The position numbers and the translations under genes are program-made. The notes beneath the pieces are model-generated. The model saw only the letters and a program-made list of their open reading frames with translations. It was not told where the DNA came from and ran no database searches. This document shows positions 47,801 to 58,400 of a stretch of 64,000 nt of DNA, piece after piece. The stretch spans positions 4,352,001 to 4,416,000 of the forward strand of contig OZ242351.1 in assembly GCA_965208675.1 (NCBI GenBank), in the 5' to 3' direction. Source of the DNA: Candidatus Poribacteria bacterium (GTDB lineage: Bacteria > Poribacteria > WGA-4E > PCPOR2b). The number at the start of each line of letters is the position of its first letter. The first letter of the stretch is position 1.

Positions 47801-48806
47801 CGACGATACCGGTCTAATTGCCGTGATGAAGAGCGCTGCGACGCTAGAATTAACGGGTCAAGCGTTAGGTACCGGCGGCACTTCCAGCATTAGCATTGCT
47901 GTCGGGAACAACCTCGTCGGCGTCCCGCTGGATCCGGCCGTCGACATGATGATTAGCGACGCGATAATACCAGGTGTCGAGGCAATCGCTGTCTCCAACG
48001 CCGCTGGCGATGATTTCCACACGATTTACGCAGCCGGCGACGAAGGCGACGGACCGCTCATGGGCGGCGTCGGATACATCGTTGTCGCAAGCGCGGCGGG
48101 AAGTATCCCGATTGTCGGTACAGCGTGGGAGAACGATGGCGCTCCAATGGCGGCGCCGGGAATCGCTTTCAGCGGTTCGCAGACGCCTGTGCTGCATGTT
48201 AGCGGCGGTCTGATAGATGAGTTCGACATGTTGTCACAGATTCCCGAAATCAGTGTCACCGTGAAGAATCTGTCCACAGGCGCATCGCTCGACACGGTTC
48301 TCGGAACGGAAGAGTCGGCGGCAGCGTACAGCGGTACGTTTGTCGAATTCAGCCGCCACGCAGCGAAGGCTGGGGATGTGCTGGAAATCGTAGCGCACTC
48401 GCCAAGCCCGTTCGTCGGCGTACGGCCGGTACCGCAGATTGTCGTTAGCGCGGAAGAGGTGTTGACCAGCCGTATCAGCCTCCCCGATCTGGAACTCTAT
48501 GAGATTCCGTCGGAGACCGAGCTGTTGGCTAACTACCCGAATCCGTTTAACCCTGAAACCTGGATTCCGTACCGGTTAGCGAAAGCTGCCGAAGTGACGT
48601 TGAGTATCTATGACACCAACGGCGCCTTGGTACGGTCCATAGATGTCGGCTTCAAACCAGCCGCTGTGTACGAATCTCGTGCATCGGCGATATACTGGGA
48701 TGGCCGCAACAACTACGGTGAACGCGTTGCCAGTGGCACGTACTTCTACCACTTGACGGCGGGCGAAGATTATGCTTCGACGCGCCGGATGGTGATTCTG
48801 AAGTAA
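41865..48806 (+). CDS. Giant secreted Ig-like repeat surface protein with T9SS-like (FlgD-Ig) C-terminal domain
   Basis: Signal peptide ending ALA-QE; beta-rich repeats; C-terminus ETELLANYPNPFNPETWIPYRL...YWDGRNNYGERVASGTYFYHL...TRRMVILK; AGGAGG RBS before ATG 41865. Confidence 0.88.
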   Translation: MLSRISKMSVFGIVALMLVLGLTADDALAQEAPAAGTYAISVAYDLDGTAITNLRAAGTATVTFTLTVAGRENKDEGGTNRPKTPTAARTVQIDIPANWSPPAKALSGADADEAGEVRFQKGGTTITNNADAWISNGGRTLNIKIAEGNAGNGEYTAEYANATIPTRRGNQYRFFVRNADVTELPYVVDYAVSGSGRVSMGPFSPLSVKVGDPAADHAYNGAYVFKSKDPISPLRFTYTAAGSLPENAYITIAMANGFTLRDKPKSVVSVTGSGSPEISFPDEATLVTETATTLRATVKSKGGLGPNQSFTVTITGLAAPEVTTALDIDNTITVSSVSGNTTADSARTAVVLETPAVNVLKTGQAADAADAVRGRFDFFTTAVPGTGELAIMQGTDARQNTRVEEGFDLGTLRFDITGTTGMGPNAKFQIVVPGAPWPAPIKAPDKIGVPGSADTAGHVINGDVNTGARTISGSLTTNANPPVANTELTNAGGGITYRVGAISEHGKHEFRLLTSSGHPSADGGSLVERTGGGYRRYIEVTAKHGSGTFAVLENGVPLAQSKPAAEHTLQLVYTASGRMPQGTVQFVVPANSDPVSDPALPWKLPRRDNGVAPFEEGEVTFSNNATFTVGTDGVITATGSWGPGAQIIVTYRGKVPGAGDSTPQTYKFRARASSFNSGDPAVPNWPQNDANEDVYLEHTIGPNRAADGSGTLAIEPRTANASETIDLKITYKAAGTMDDGSIVEVTVPNGWPDLVASSVGVGVEGIAATLSVGTRAITATTADQMNADSILVLNVAGVVAPAVGGGYQFTAQSKSHGGLQSLTAAQITDAVVTVSERASGSAVLTLLRDDGSTADSVEPMDSFESAKIVFTAGVAMQPGAEVKVTIPDGWMQRPFEDNGMPRTSGEVTLEGKADLDVQGDVLVAKANAQINAGETVTFTYHMPMAPADPTTSNFETVASIVEGGGLLSVANQQTSVVVRSKVAALTLTADSATSVFVGESVTLTVMSDARAPVGGLSVSLATDPADTGMFSLTEDGAAATSVMIADSPDSMSTTFYYIAPSSIDMESVDVMLTATAMVDGEAVASEPVAVEVRSKISMLQVNGMDDPDPVEVGATITVTAIGEDADGSVTVTDADGAEVEGLVDLGLDPDASATDVPAGNVGHMREINLPDDLPEGMYTITLTIAGESQSIDINVVAARAAVTELTLTTSEMSFFAGGSITVTVAADARAPVGGLEVTLSTDPADSGMFSMTEGGDAVTMVMIPDSAETMSAMVYYTNAASGAVTLMAAAGDDLSASVEVMVNPTITVQVNGMDAPEGVQAGDTLAVTAMGKAGGGTVMVTDAAGDVVGSLTGLGLNVDADAEDVPEGSVAYMRDVELPADLADGTYMITVTIGSESATVYFSIETPPAEVDAIAISADPTSVFVGEEVSLNITLWSGADAANAVGDMVVMLTSSSDTSVLADSVTIADGENGVMTTFSDTSGGMVTITATSGDLSAEVIVEVKPTIFNYQINGMDDPGPLTAGVTLTITATGKEGKATVMVTNSDGDAEVPAKGLTGLDEEPDEDGNIAYTRDIDLPADLVDGMYTVTVAIAGSTADIEIEVINDQSPPALSNQKVLPDVVASGSVLTLSVDVSSNVPNPTLSVMADVSEIDADAAAVQLMKLPASESTYASIYVVQNSDPADDGMKTITFKATDRIGGMSEMTATTSLKNDVTPPVLSDAAAMPSPVVNGMDVTISVNGGESGLTVTADASAIGGDAAADLTEGMDENMAGTGMYSSMPITVSVSAGGDYTVSIKAVDGSGNDASMDVTVTVEVHEVTSVTFAPAKVSTGEDVTVTAMGSAGLTAMFNVFDADGMKIVDGKSMDESDVDGSYMGSFTVVVDMHPAGEYWVSASIGTADAMTADGSLTIDHEKHFTLSIGAGTHAIHIPLDVDGIDTVGDVYDMLGDSVNFIITFIDGNPVSYLGDESAGSMADAAIGDDTGLIAVMKSAATLELTGQALGTGGTSSISIAVGNNLVGVPLDPAVDMMISDAIIPGVEAIAVSNAAGDDFHTIYAAGDEGDGPLMGGVGYIVVASAAGSIPIVGTAWENDGAPMAAPGIAFSGSQTPVLHVSGGLIDEFDMLSQIPEISVTVKNLSTGASLDTVLGTEESAAAYSGTFVEFSRHAAKAGDVLEIVAHSPSPFVGVRPVPQIVVSAEEVLTSRISLPDLELYEIPSETELLANYPNPFNPETWIPYRLAKAAEVTLSIYDTNGALVRSIDVGFKPAAVYESRASAIYWDGRNNYGERVASGTYFYHLTAGEDYASTRRMVILK

Positions 48807-48830
48807 GTGTTCACCTCAGAATAACCCTAT

Positions 48831-48874
48831 TAGCTGCTAGGCGGGCTTGTGTGCCGCCTAGCAGCTAATTTTTT
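48831..48874 (+). terminator. Intrinsic terminator
   Basis: TAGCTGCTAGGCGG...CCGCCTAGCAGCTA plus T run. Confidence 0.8.
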
Positions 48875-48897
48875 GTTTTAGTGTGAATTCCAAATTC

Positions 48898-49180
48898 GGT
48901 AGGCGCGGTTTCAAGGGAATTTTTGGTAGGCGCGGTTTCCCAACCGTGCTGACCGGTTCGGAATATCGCGGCTGGGAAGCCGCTCCTACGGGTGGTTAAT
49001 TTAATTGTATCACGGCTGGAAGCTGTTGCCACAGGTGGGAGAATTGAAAAGGCGGACGGCACACGGAGTGTGCCTGCTACTTTATCGCGGCTGGAATTTG
49101 TAACTACAAAAATCTATTGTTTGGCATCAAAAACGTGAAATTGGCGCCCCATACGGTAGGCACGGTTTCCTAACCGCGCA
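48898..49180. repeat. REP mosaic
   Basis: GTAGGCGCGGTTTCCCAACCG copies, TCGCGGCTGGGAAGCCGCTCCTAC, GCGGACGGCACACGGAGTGTGCCTGCTAC. Confidence 0.75.
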
Positions 49181-49222
49181 AATTAAATCGCCAAATTTTT
49201 CGTTAAAATCGAATAAACAACT

Positions 49223-49251
49223 TTGAAAACCGTTGTTGGCTGTGCTATAAT
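49223..49251 (+). promoter_or_regulatory. sigma70 promoter
   Basis: TTGAAA-17-TATAAT with TG extension. Confidence 0.65.
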
Positions 49252-49423
49252 AGATATGTTTCGACGGCTTTATAAAACATACATTCGATCTGGTGTATTT
49301 TAATGTTTGGAAATTTTGTTGTGTTTGATGAAGTGGTGTGGTTGGTCATGGGTCGGGCTCACTTTCCGAAGCCCGCATGTGAGCAGAATTTAGTGATGAG
49401 CGAAATTTTTGGGAGGTTGAATA

Positions 49424-52400
49424 GTGTTAAACATCATGAGTAGGGGAAGACTCGTATGGTATTTGTTTTTGGTTGCGCTCACAAGCGGATTGATGGTGGG
49501 CGTAGCAGGGTCGGTCGAAGCCCAGACGACGCGGACGTTTATCCTGCACGGTACGGTCACGGATAATGACGGCGGCGTGCTCGAAGGGTACACCGTGGAA
49601 GCGCCGAACGACGCTTCCGACCTTGCAACTGTGGCGAAAACGGACCCATCAGGGGAATACAGGATTGTATATAACGCCATCTTTGCTTCGGCGGTAATCG
49701 GCGTTGGCGACGCAATCGAGATAACGGTCAAAGACCCTGATGAGCAGGTTGTAGCGAGAAAATCGTATACCGTCACACTGGCGGATATAGATAGAGAGCC
49801 GCTCTCTGGCGTAGAAATTAATATCCAGTTGTCGGGCTTGAACGCTGAACTGGAGCCAAGCCAGTTGCCGGCGGATGGCGTTTCGACGACGACGATAACC
49901 GTTTCGGTTGACTCTGGCGGCGCGCCGGTGACGGACGACACAGTGACAATTACGGCGGAACAGGGCAGCGTCGGCGAGGTGACGAATAACGAGGACGGCA
50001 CGTATACGGCAGAATATACGGCGCCGGCGTTGGTGCTCACCGAGTCGGTAATGGACACGATTACGGTTACCTCGGGTACGACAGGCGACACGACGACGAC
50101 GGTGGTAACATTGGATGTGGTTCCAACGGTCATCTCGGTGTCGGTCGATCCGAATGTATTCATCGCCGGTGCCGGGGCGGCTGGCGCGGTTCAAATCACC
50201 GCCAATCGAGGAACGAACCCCGTAGCGGACGCGGACATTTCATTGGGTCTCAGACGCGCCGACGGCGGATCTGATACCGGAACAGTCACGGGCGTGACGA
50301 GGAACGGGGATGGCACATACAGCGCGACATACACGCCGCCGAATACCGCGGGGCAGATTAACATTACCGCGTCGGACGCGGTTTCCGGTGAGAGCGGGAT
50401 GGCGTCGGTTACCGTGAATGCGGGCGCAGCGGCGTCGGTTTCGGTGACTGCGGCGCCGATGACGGTTTCGAGCGGCGGCAGCGCTATGATTACCGCCATG
50501 GTCATGGATGCGTCGGGGAACGGCGTCGGCGGATTGGCTCCCAGCGGCTCGGCGGAGAGCGGCACGGTCGGCGAGTTCAGCGCCGGCGCTGCGTTCGGAA
50601 GCTACCGCGCAACGTATACTGCGGGCATGGTTGAAGCGGCTGGGGTGGATACTGTTACCGTTATCGTCGGCGATTTGTCCGGTCAGGTGTCGATTAGCCT
50701 CACACCGGAACCGCCGAAAGAGGTATCAATTCTTGCGGTCTCCGGCACGGTATACAAAAAAGACGGCACAGGACCTGTCAGCGGCGTGAACGTCGAGGTT
50801 ATGGTCGGCGATATGGCGCCGCAGACGTCGCGGTCGGGCAGCAACGGACACTACAGCGTCACTTTCGTTAATCCGGGCGGCGTTGCGGGACGCACCGGCG
50901 ATATGGTCTCGGTTGTTGTCACAGACGACGCCGGCATGGAACGCGGACGGAACGATTCGATGCCGTTGACGAGCGATGAACTCGGCGACGATACCTCCGC
51001 CAATGTCGTTCGAGATGTAACTACCGATATCTTGGCGCGAACCAACGCGTTGGTGGTCACCGGTTCGGTATTCCGCGAAGAAAGCGCGGTTCCGATTGAC
51101 GACGTGTTCGCGATTACGGTGATGAACACCACCCGCGGGACGGAAATGTCCGGCATGACGGACGCCAACGGTGCGTATAACTTGACCTTCTTCGGTACGT
51201 CGGTGGTTGCGGAAACGGGAGACGAATTAGTTGCGACGGCTTCGAGAGACGGAGGCGAATGGAGCAGCCCGGCGCATGCGCTGTCATCGGACGAGGTAGA
51301 AGCAGGCAGAGCCACCGTGAACGTGCCGACCGACATCAAGGCGTCGACGAACGCGCTGGTGGTGAGCGGTACGGTTTACTTTGAGGACGGAACAGTTGCA
51401 GTTGGCGCCGGCGTGACGGTCACATCAATGAATGCCGGGAAAGGGCAGGAAGCCACCGGCGAGACCGACGGGAACGGAAATTACAGCGTGACCTTCTTCA
51501 ACGCGGATGGACTGGTTGCAGAAACCGCAGATATTATAACGGTGACAGCAGTGCACGGCGACCTAGGAGACGGCACGGCGGAGCATTCCCTCACATCGGC
51601 TGAAGTGGACGCGCAGCGCGCTACGGTAAATGTAACGACCAGCGTGAAGGCGTACACGTCGACATTGGTGGTGACGGGTGCGGCGTACTACGAAGGCAGC
51701 ACGATTCCTGTCGGCGCCGGTAACACGGTCACGATAATGAACACCGCGAACGGCATGGAAATGTCCGGCATGACGGACGCGAGCGGGATGTATAACGTCA
51801 CGTTCTTCAGTGCGGAGGGTGCGGTCGCGGAAACCGGCGACATGCTGACCGTTACGGTGGATGCCGGCGAGGATGGCAGCGGCAGCGCCGACCATACGCT
51901 GACGGCAATGGAGATTGACGCACAGCGCGCTATAGTGAATGTGCCGACGAACATCAAGGCGACTTCGCCGACGTTCCTTGTGACGGGGGTCGTTTACTTG
52001 GAAGACGGCATGAGCGGCGCCCCGGCTGGATTGACCGTTAAAGTCGTGAACGAAACGCGGGGAATTAACGCCAGCGGAATCACAGTAGCGGGCGGCGGAT
52101 ACAATGTAACCTTCTTGGAGACCGAGGCGGCGGCGGTGAAGACCGCGGACGTGTTGGTGCTCGACGTGTACGTAATGGCTGCCGATGATACGTCAGTCGG
52201 TCAGACGACAATAACATTAACATCCGCCGACGTAGTTGGGAACAGAAGAGACGGCGTCGATATCACGACCAGCCTGACGGCTGACCCGACGAACGCATTT
52301 GTGGTAGACGGCATGGTCATGGATCCTTCCGGTAACGCTGTCGGCGCGGGTGTTAATGTGCGCTTAACTTTGAACGATCACCCAACGAAGGAATTGGAAA

Positions 52401-55400
52401 CCTACGCGAACGGTCGGTTTAGCGCCACATATTTTGACTCGGCAGGCCCCGTAGTGAGCGTATACGACGACGTGGTCATTCAGGCGGTCAACCGCAGCAA
52501 CGGCGATTCGGCGTATATGTCGATGCAATTGGCTTCGCACCACGTCATTGCGCAGCGCATCATGATTACCGTGAATCTGGTTCCGGACAACGAGAATCCG
52601 GTAGCGGTGGCGGACGTGAGCCAGCGGTTCCTTGACCCGGATGAGGTCTCGACCTTCGATGCCAGTAAATCGACGGACAGCCCGTTGGACAGCCAACTGA
52701 TTGACACCTACGTATGGGATTTCGGCGACGGCATGAGCGGCAGCGGTATGGTCACCACGCACGCCTATGCGAAACCCGGGCGCTATGTTGTGACGCTGAC
52801 GGTTACCGACCTTGCCGGCAACGCCGGCACGGCGGAGCGTGAAATCTTTGTGAGCACCGTACGGCTGGGCGGTATTTCGATAAACACGCGGCACGCACGG
52901 GAAGTGATTGACAAAATCCTCGGCATGGCAATCGCGGGTACCGATGTTGCGATAGCGAAGGGCGGCTCTGACGCGGTTCTGGATATGATACGCGGGAATC
53001 CTGCGCTTCAGGGGGCTGTGATGGCGGCGATTGGCGACGTGCTGCCGGAGGGCTTCATACCGGCGCAGTTGCTTGACGACGATTTGCCGCTGATATTTGA
53101 ACAGTACGAAAACACCGATTTGGAGAACTTCGGTAACGCCATAACGGCGCGGGTCGGCGCGGAAGGCGGCATCTTGGGGTCCGCGACTCCCGGATTCACC
53201 CGGGTCGTCACGGGCGACAAGTTGGATCTGTACCTCGCCACGCCGCGCGCGGATGTCGGCAGCGCGACCTTCAGGATTGACGGCGTTACGCGCGATGCGG
53301 AAGAGGTTATCGACAGCTTGACGCACACCTTCCAGTTAGAAGAGGAGCAAGCCATACTGCTGGTTCCCTCCTGGGCAGGATCGGGTTCCGACGGTGCGTT
53401 CGCGGCGGTGACGCTGATGTTGGCGTCTGAAGAACTTCCGCCGGCATACCACAATCTGATTTCGAGAAATGCGTGGTCTTACCGGGATACGAGCGATTAC
53501 CAACAGGCAGCCATGAGTCCGCGGATGATTAACGGCAAGCGGGTATGGGATGTCCAAGTGGATATCGAACCCGGAAAAATCTACTACTACTATTACGCTG
53601 TTGAACTGACTTATCCGGTACAAGCGCAATTGGGCGCAGATGGGGGCAGCGTTGACTTGATGCAGTACGCGATAGCTGATCCGCGCAACCTACAGATTCA
53701 GGATCGCGGTCTGGTCGAGGCGTTGTTCACGCCGGAACTTCAGGCAGCCATTGCACCATTGCTGAACCCTGTCATTGCGGGAATTTTGAGCGGGCAGCCT
53801 GCGACAATAGACGATGTGGTGGAGGGTCTTACGCCGGAGTCGCTGTTCGAAATTTTGGGGGCCATAATCAACGCAGCGGCGCCTTTGATTGAGCAGATTT
53901 CAGCGACGATGGATCCGCAGATGATTTCCGTGTTTACGGTTCCGTTGGTGAACGAAGCGCAGTCGCTCTGGCACACAAGTGTCGATTTGTCGGGTTACGC
54001 GGACGGCATGCACACGATTGATGCGAACGCGTTCGATTCTGAAGGGATTCAGATAGATAACCGCCCGGTTTTCGGCAAGACGTTCATGCTGGATAGGGCG
54101 GCGCCGGCTTACAGTGTGTCGGCTGCACCGGGTCAAAATTCGTCGATGTACATGACCAGCGACGGCGTGGCGGTTTCGACAGGCTTGCCGCCGGTCGGCG
54201 AGGGCAGCCCGATGGCGACGTTGATGTTATCGGCGAGCCCGAACGGCGACGTGAGCGATGTTGCGGACGGGCTGTACCAGATTATCAAGTACAGCGACGT
54301 CCCGGCTGTGCAGGGGTCGCAGACTTGGGTAAACATCCTTTCGAGCGACATGGCGCCGGTGTTCCAAGGGTTGACGCTCGACGATTTCACGGCGTTCCTG
54401 ACCATGTTCCCGAATCTGCTGTCGTTGAATGCACCCGCGATGAACGTCGGAGTTGCAGATATGATGGAGATGCTGATTCGCGGCGCGAACGGCGATCCGG
54501 CTTTGATTGTCGGTGAATACGGCGTGCGCGTTGTGGCGCGGGATACGGTGTTTAACATGTCGACGGACACGGCGCCGATACGGCTGAACATTGTGCCGCC
54601 GGATCCGGATCAGGCGATGGTGGTGCGGATATCGCTCGGCGATTGCAACGGCGACGGCGATACGGACGACCTGTATGAGACCGGCGCACCTGCGGACATG
54701 ATTCTGTTCTCGGATACGCCGAACGTGATGTTGACGGCGGAGGTGACGAAGCAGGTTCACCCCATAACGTCAATCATGTTCCAGTACAGGCAGGGCGAGG
54801 GCGAATGGCAAGATATCGGCATGCTTGAGGGCGAGATGGTGGCTGGCGCTGCCGAGGGTTCGCAGTACGATGTGGCGTGGAGCATAGACAACTTGGGCGC
54901 CATGATTCAGGCGGGTATGCCGGTCATGCTGCGCGCGGTCGTCACGAATGCGCTCACCATATCGGACGATGAAGCTGCGGAAGCGGCGCTGAATGTGAAA
55001 GACCATCCGTGCCCAATCGAGGCGGAGATTCATGCGCTTAACCACACGGTTAATGACCGCAACCCCGACAGCAACGCACCGCGCGGCATGATTTCGCTTA
55101 TGGCGGTAACGCGCGAACTGACATCGCCGCACACGGCGAGCGTGGTTTTTGAAGTGCGCCGGATGCAAAGCGAGGAGTGGCAGGCAGTCCGCGAAGTGGA
55201 AATAGCGGACAGCGTTGTCGAAGAAGCCATTCTTGAAGCCATAGAAGAGGCGTTAGAAGAGGTCGTCGAGGGCGAGGAGAGCGCGGTATTCGTACCGACT
55301 CGCCGTGTATGGTCGGTTGAATTGGACAGCAATGAACTGGACGATACGATAATGGTGGGCGACGCCGCTGAACGCGATATGACGTTGGATGAAAATCCGT

Positions 55401-58400
55401 ACGTGCTGCGCGCGGTGGCGGTAGACGACACTGGCGCCCGGTATGCATCGTCCGAAGACATGTCACAGAGTTTCTCGGTGGACAACATTGACGATGTGCC
55501 GCCGCTCACGGGTACCGCGATAGTCCAGATTTCGGATGCCGCGGGCGCGATTGAGATGATGGACGGCGTATTTACGGTTGGCGGTATCGTTGACGAGAGC
55601 GTTGACTCACCGTTCGCAATGGTGATGTCCATGCCGATAGCCGATCCGATTACGTATGACCGCGTCGATCTCCTGATTAACCGCCGCAATGAAGACGGCA
55701 GTCTAGGCGACATGGTCAGCGAGATGCAGGCGGAGATGGGAGAGGAGAATTACACCGCGACGGTTGATGTATCAGCCCTAGAGAACGGTATGTATTTCTT
55801 CCAAGCCTTGGCGATGGACGAAGTCGGGAATCAAGAGGTGCGAGACATCGCATTTGCGGCTATGATTGATGTAGCCAACTTCATACCGCCGCCGGTTATC
55901 GATCTGAGCGGGCAAATGCTGAGTCGGCAGCCGGTTGAGGAAAGTACGGTTGAGGCGGTTACTGAAGCATATCCGGGCGGATTTCCAATATCCGGGGATT
56001 ACGTATTCATGGCAGGCGGCATTGCGTTGAACGCCGGTGATATCGACGTCCTAGTTGATGGGGCTTCCGCGAATGCAATGGGGGCGCTCACGGTAACGGC
56101 GATTGAAGAGGGCGCGTCTAGCACGTTTATGTTGACGCTTGACACGACCATGTATGAGTTGGGTTATCACGAGTTGGCGTTACAGATTACGAAGCGGAAC
56201 GGCAGCATCAGCTTCCCGTTGGCGCCGCTGTTTATTGACAATGAAGCGCCGCAGTTGGCGGTTAATTCGCCGATTGCGAACGACGAGGTCAGTGCGTTGC
56301 CGACGACGCGCGCGGCGTATAATGACGGCGCAGGCGCGGGGATTGAACTGTCGTTCGTTACCATTAGCTTGATGAGGTTGACGCCGCCGGATATGATGCC
56401 GGTCGAAATCAACATGAGCGAGGTTCTGACAGACCTGACCGACCTTGTGTATACACGCCGCGCTGATATGCTGCCGGCTGGTGTATACCGCGTGATGGTC
56501 ACGGTGACTGATATCGTTGACAATACGAGCGAAGCATCGGCTGACTTTACGGTGGTGACGACGTTGCCGTCGGTGGCAATCCGATCGCCGAATTCGGGCG
56601 AAATCGTTGGCGTGTCACAGCCGCTCATCAGCGCGGAATTCTCGGGCATCGGCGCGAGTGTGACATCGTTCACGATTGACGCCGGCGAGGAAATCACAGA
56701 TGCGGCGATTAGCGGAAACCGGTTGGAATATACCCCCGACGTTTTACCGGACGGCGACCACACGGTTGCGATTATGGTTACGGATGGCGAAGGCAATACG
56801 GCTGACGACAGCGTGACGTTCACGGTCAAGACTGCGGATACGACGCCGCCGTTGATAACGGAAGCGAGTCCGCAAGGCGTTGTGAAGTCTGCGTCCGCTA
56901 TGTTGTCGGTTGCAGCCTCCGACCCGGAATCCGGAATTGCCAACGTATCATACGCCATTGACGGCGGCGACGCCGTTGACGGCATGACCCGCGAGGTTAG
57001 CGGCTTGGAATCTGGGACGCACACGGTTATGGCGGTTGCCACGAACGGCGCCGGTCTGCAAAGCACGTTCAGTTGGACGTTCACAGTCGAATTGGATACG
57101 ACACCGCCGGTAATTTCCGAAGTTGCGCCGCAGGGCATTGTTAAATCTGCCGAAGCGACCTTGTCGGCGACGGTGACCGACGAACAGTCGGATGTCTCAA
57201 ACGTGACGATTGCGCTTGACGGCGGCAGTGCGGAGTCTGTCCCAGTTGACGGCGGCGGTGTGAGCCGCAGCGTCAGCGGACTGACGCCGGGCACGCATTC
57301 GGTGACGGTCGTCGCAACGAGCGGCGGCGGTTCTTCGACGCATACGTGGACGTTCACGGTCGAGTTGGATACGACACCGCCGGTCATTTCCGAGGTAGCG
57401 CCGCAGGGCGTCATCAAAGAGGCGTCTACGACGATTTCGGTGGCAGTCGGCGATGAACAGTCACCCGTCACGCGTGTCAACATTGACGTAGACGGCACCG
57501 GCGCTAGGGCTGTTTCAGTACGAGAAGGCCGTGCGAGCCGCGTGGTGAGCGGGCTTACTCCGGGAACGCACACTGTGACGGTTACGGCAGAGAGCGCTGG
57601 CGGCACGTCGAGGCACACGTGGAAATTCACGGTTGAACTGGATACGACACCGCCCGTTATCTCGGCGGTTTCTCCGCAAGGGATTATTCGAGTGGATTCG
57701 GCGCGGATTTCAGCCGCAATCGGCGATGAGCAGTCGGATATCACGAACGCCACGATTGCGATTGACGACGGTTCCGCTGGAACCGTGACGGTGAAGGAAG
57801 GGCGTGCGAGCCGCACAGCCAGAGGCCTGGAATCGGGTACGCATACTGTGACGGTGACGGCGACGAGCGCCGGCGGTACTTCGACGCATAGCTGGGCGTT
57901 TACGGTTGATTTGGACACCACACCGCCTGAAGTTTCGGCGACATCTCCGCACGGCACAGTGCTTGTCGAGATGCCGGAGATTTCAGTTGCGGCGAGCGAT
58001 AACCGCGGCGGACCGCTAACGATTCGGATTTCCGTCGAAGACAGCGCAGGGGTTCAGGTCGGCGGCAATGCCGAGGCGAGCGATGACGGAAGGTCATCGA
58101 CCTTTGTCCCGTCGGCAGGGCTATCCACCGGGACGTACTCCGTCAATGCGACCGTCAAAGACGAGAGCGGGAACGAGTCTTCCGCGAACTGGAGTTTCTC
58201 GGTACTTATCGATACGACGCCGCCGAGCGTCACGGGTGTAACGCCTGAGGGCGAAGCGCGGGTATCCGAAGAACGCAGACCGATGATTACAGCGAGCTAC
58301 ACCGACAGCGGGGCGGGGATTGATATGAGTTCCGTGGTGATGATGCTTAACGGGAACCCAATCGTCCCAACTTCAGTATCGACGACTCAGGCGGTTTACA

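Noticed and set aside
56167-57957. 596-aa minus-strand ORF (also 20086-21159, 52364-53326, 33822-34691, 35896-36630 and similar)
   Set aside because: Antisense shadows of well-supported GC-rich genes; no recognisable motifs
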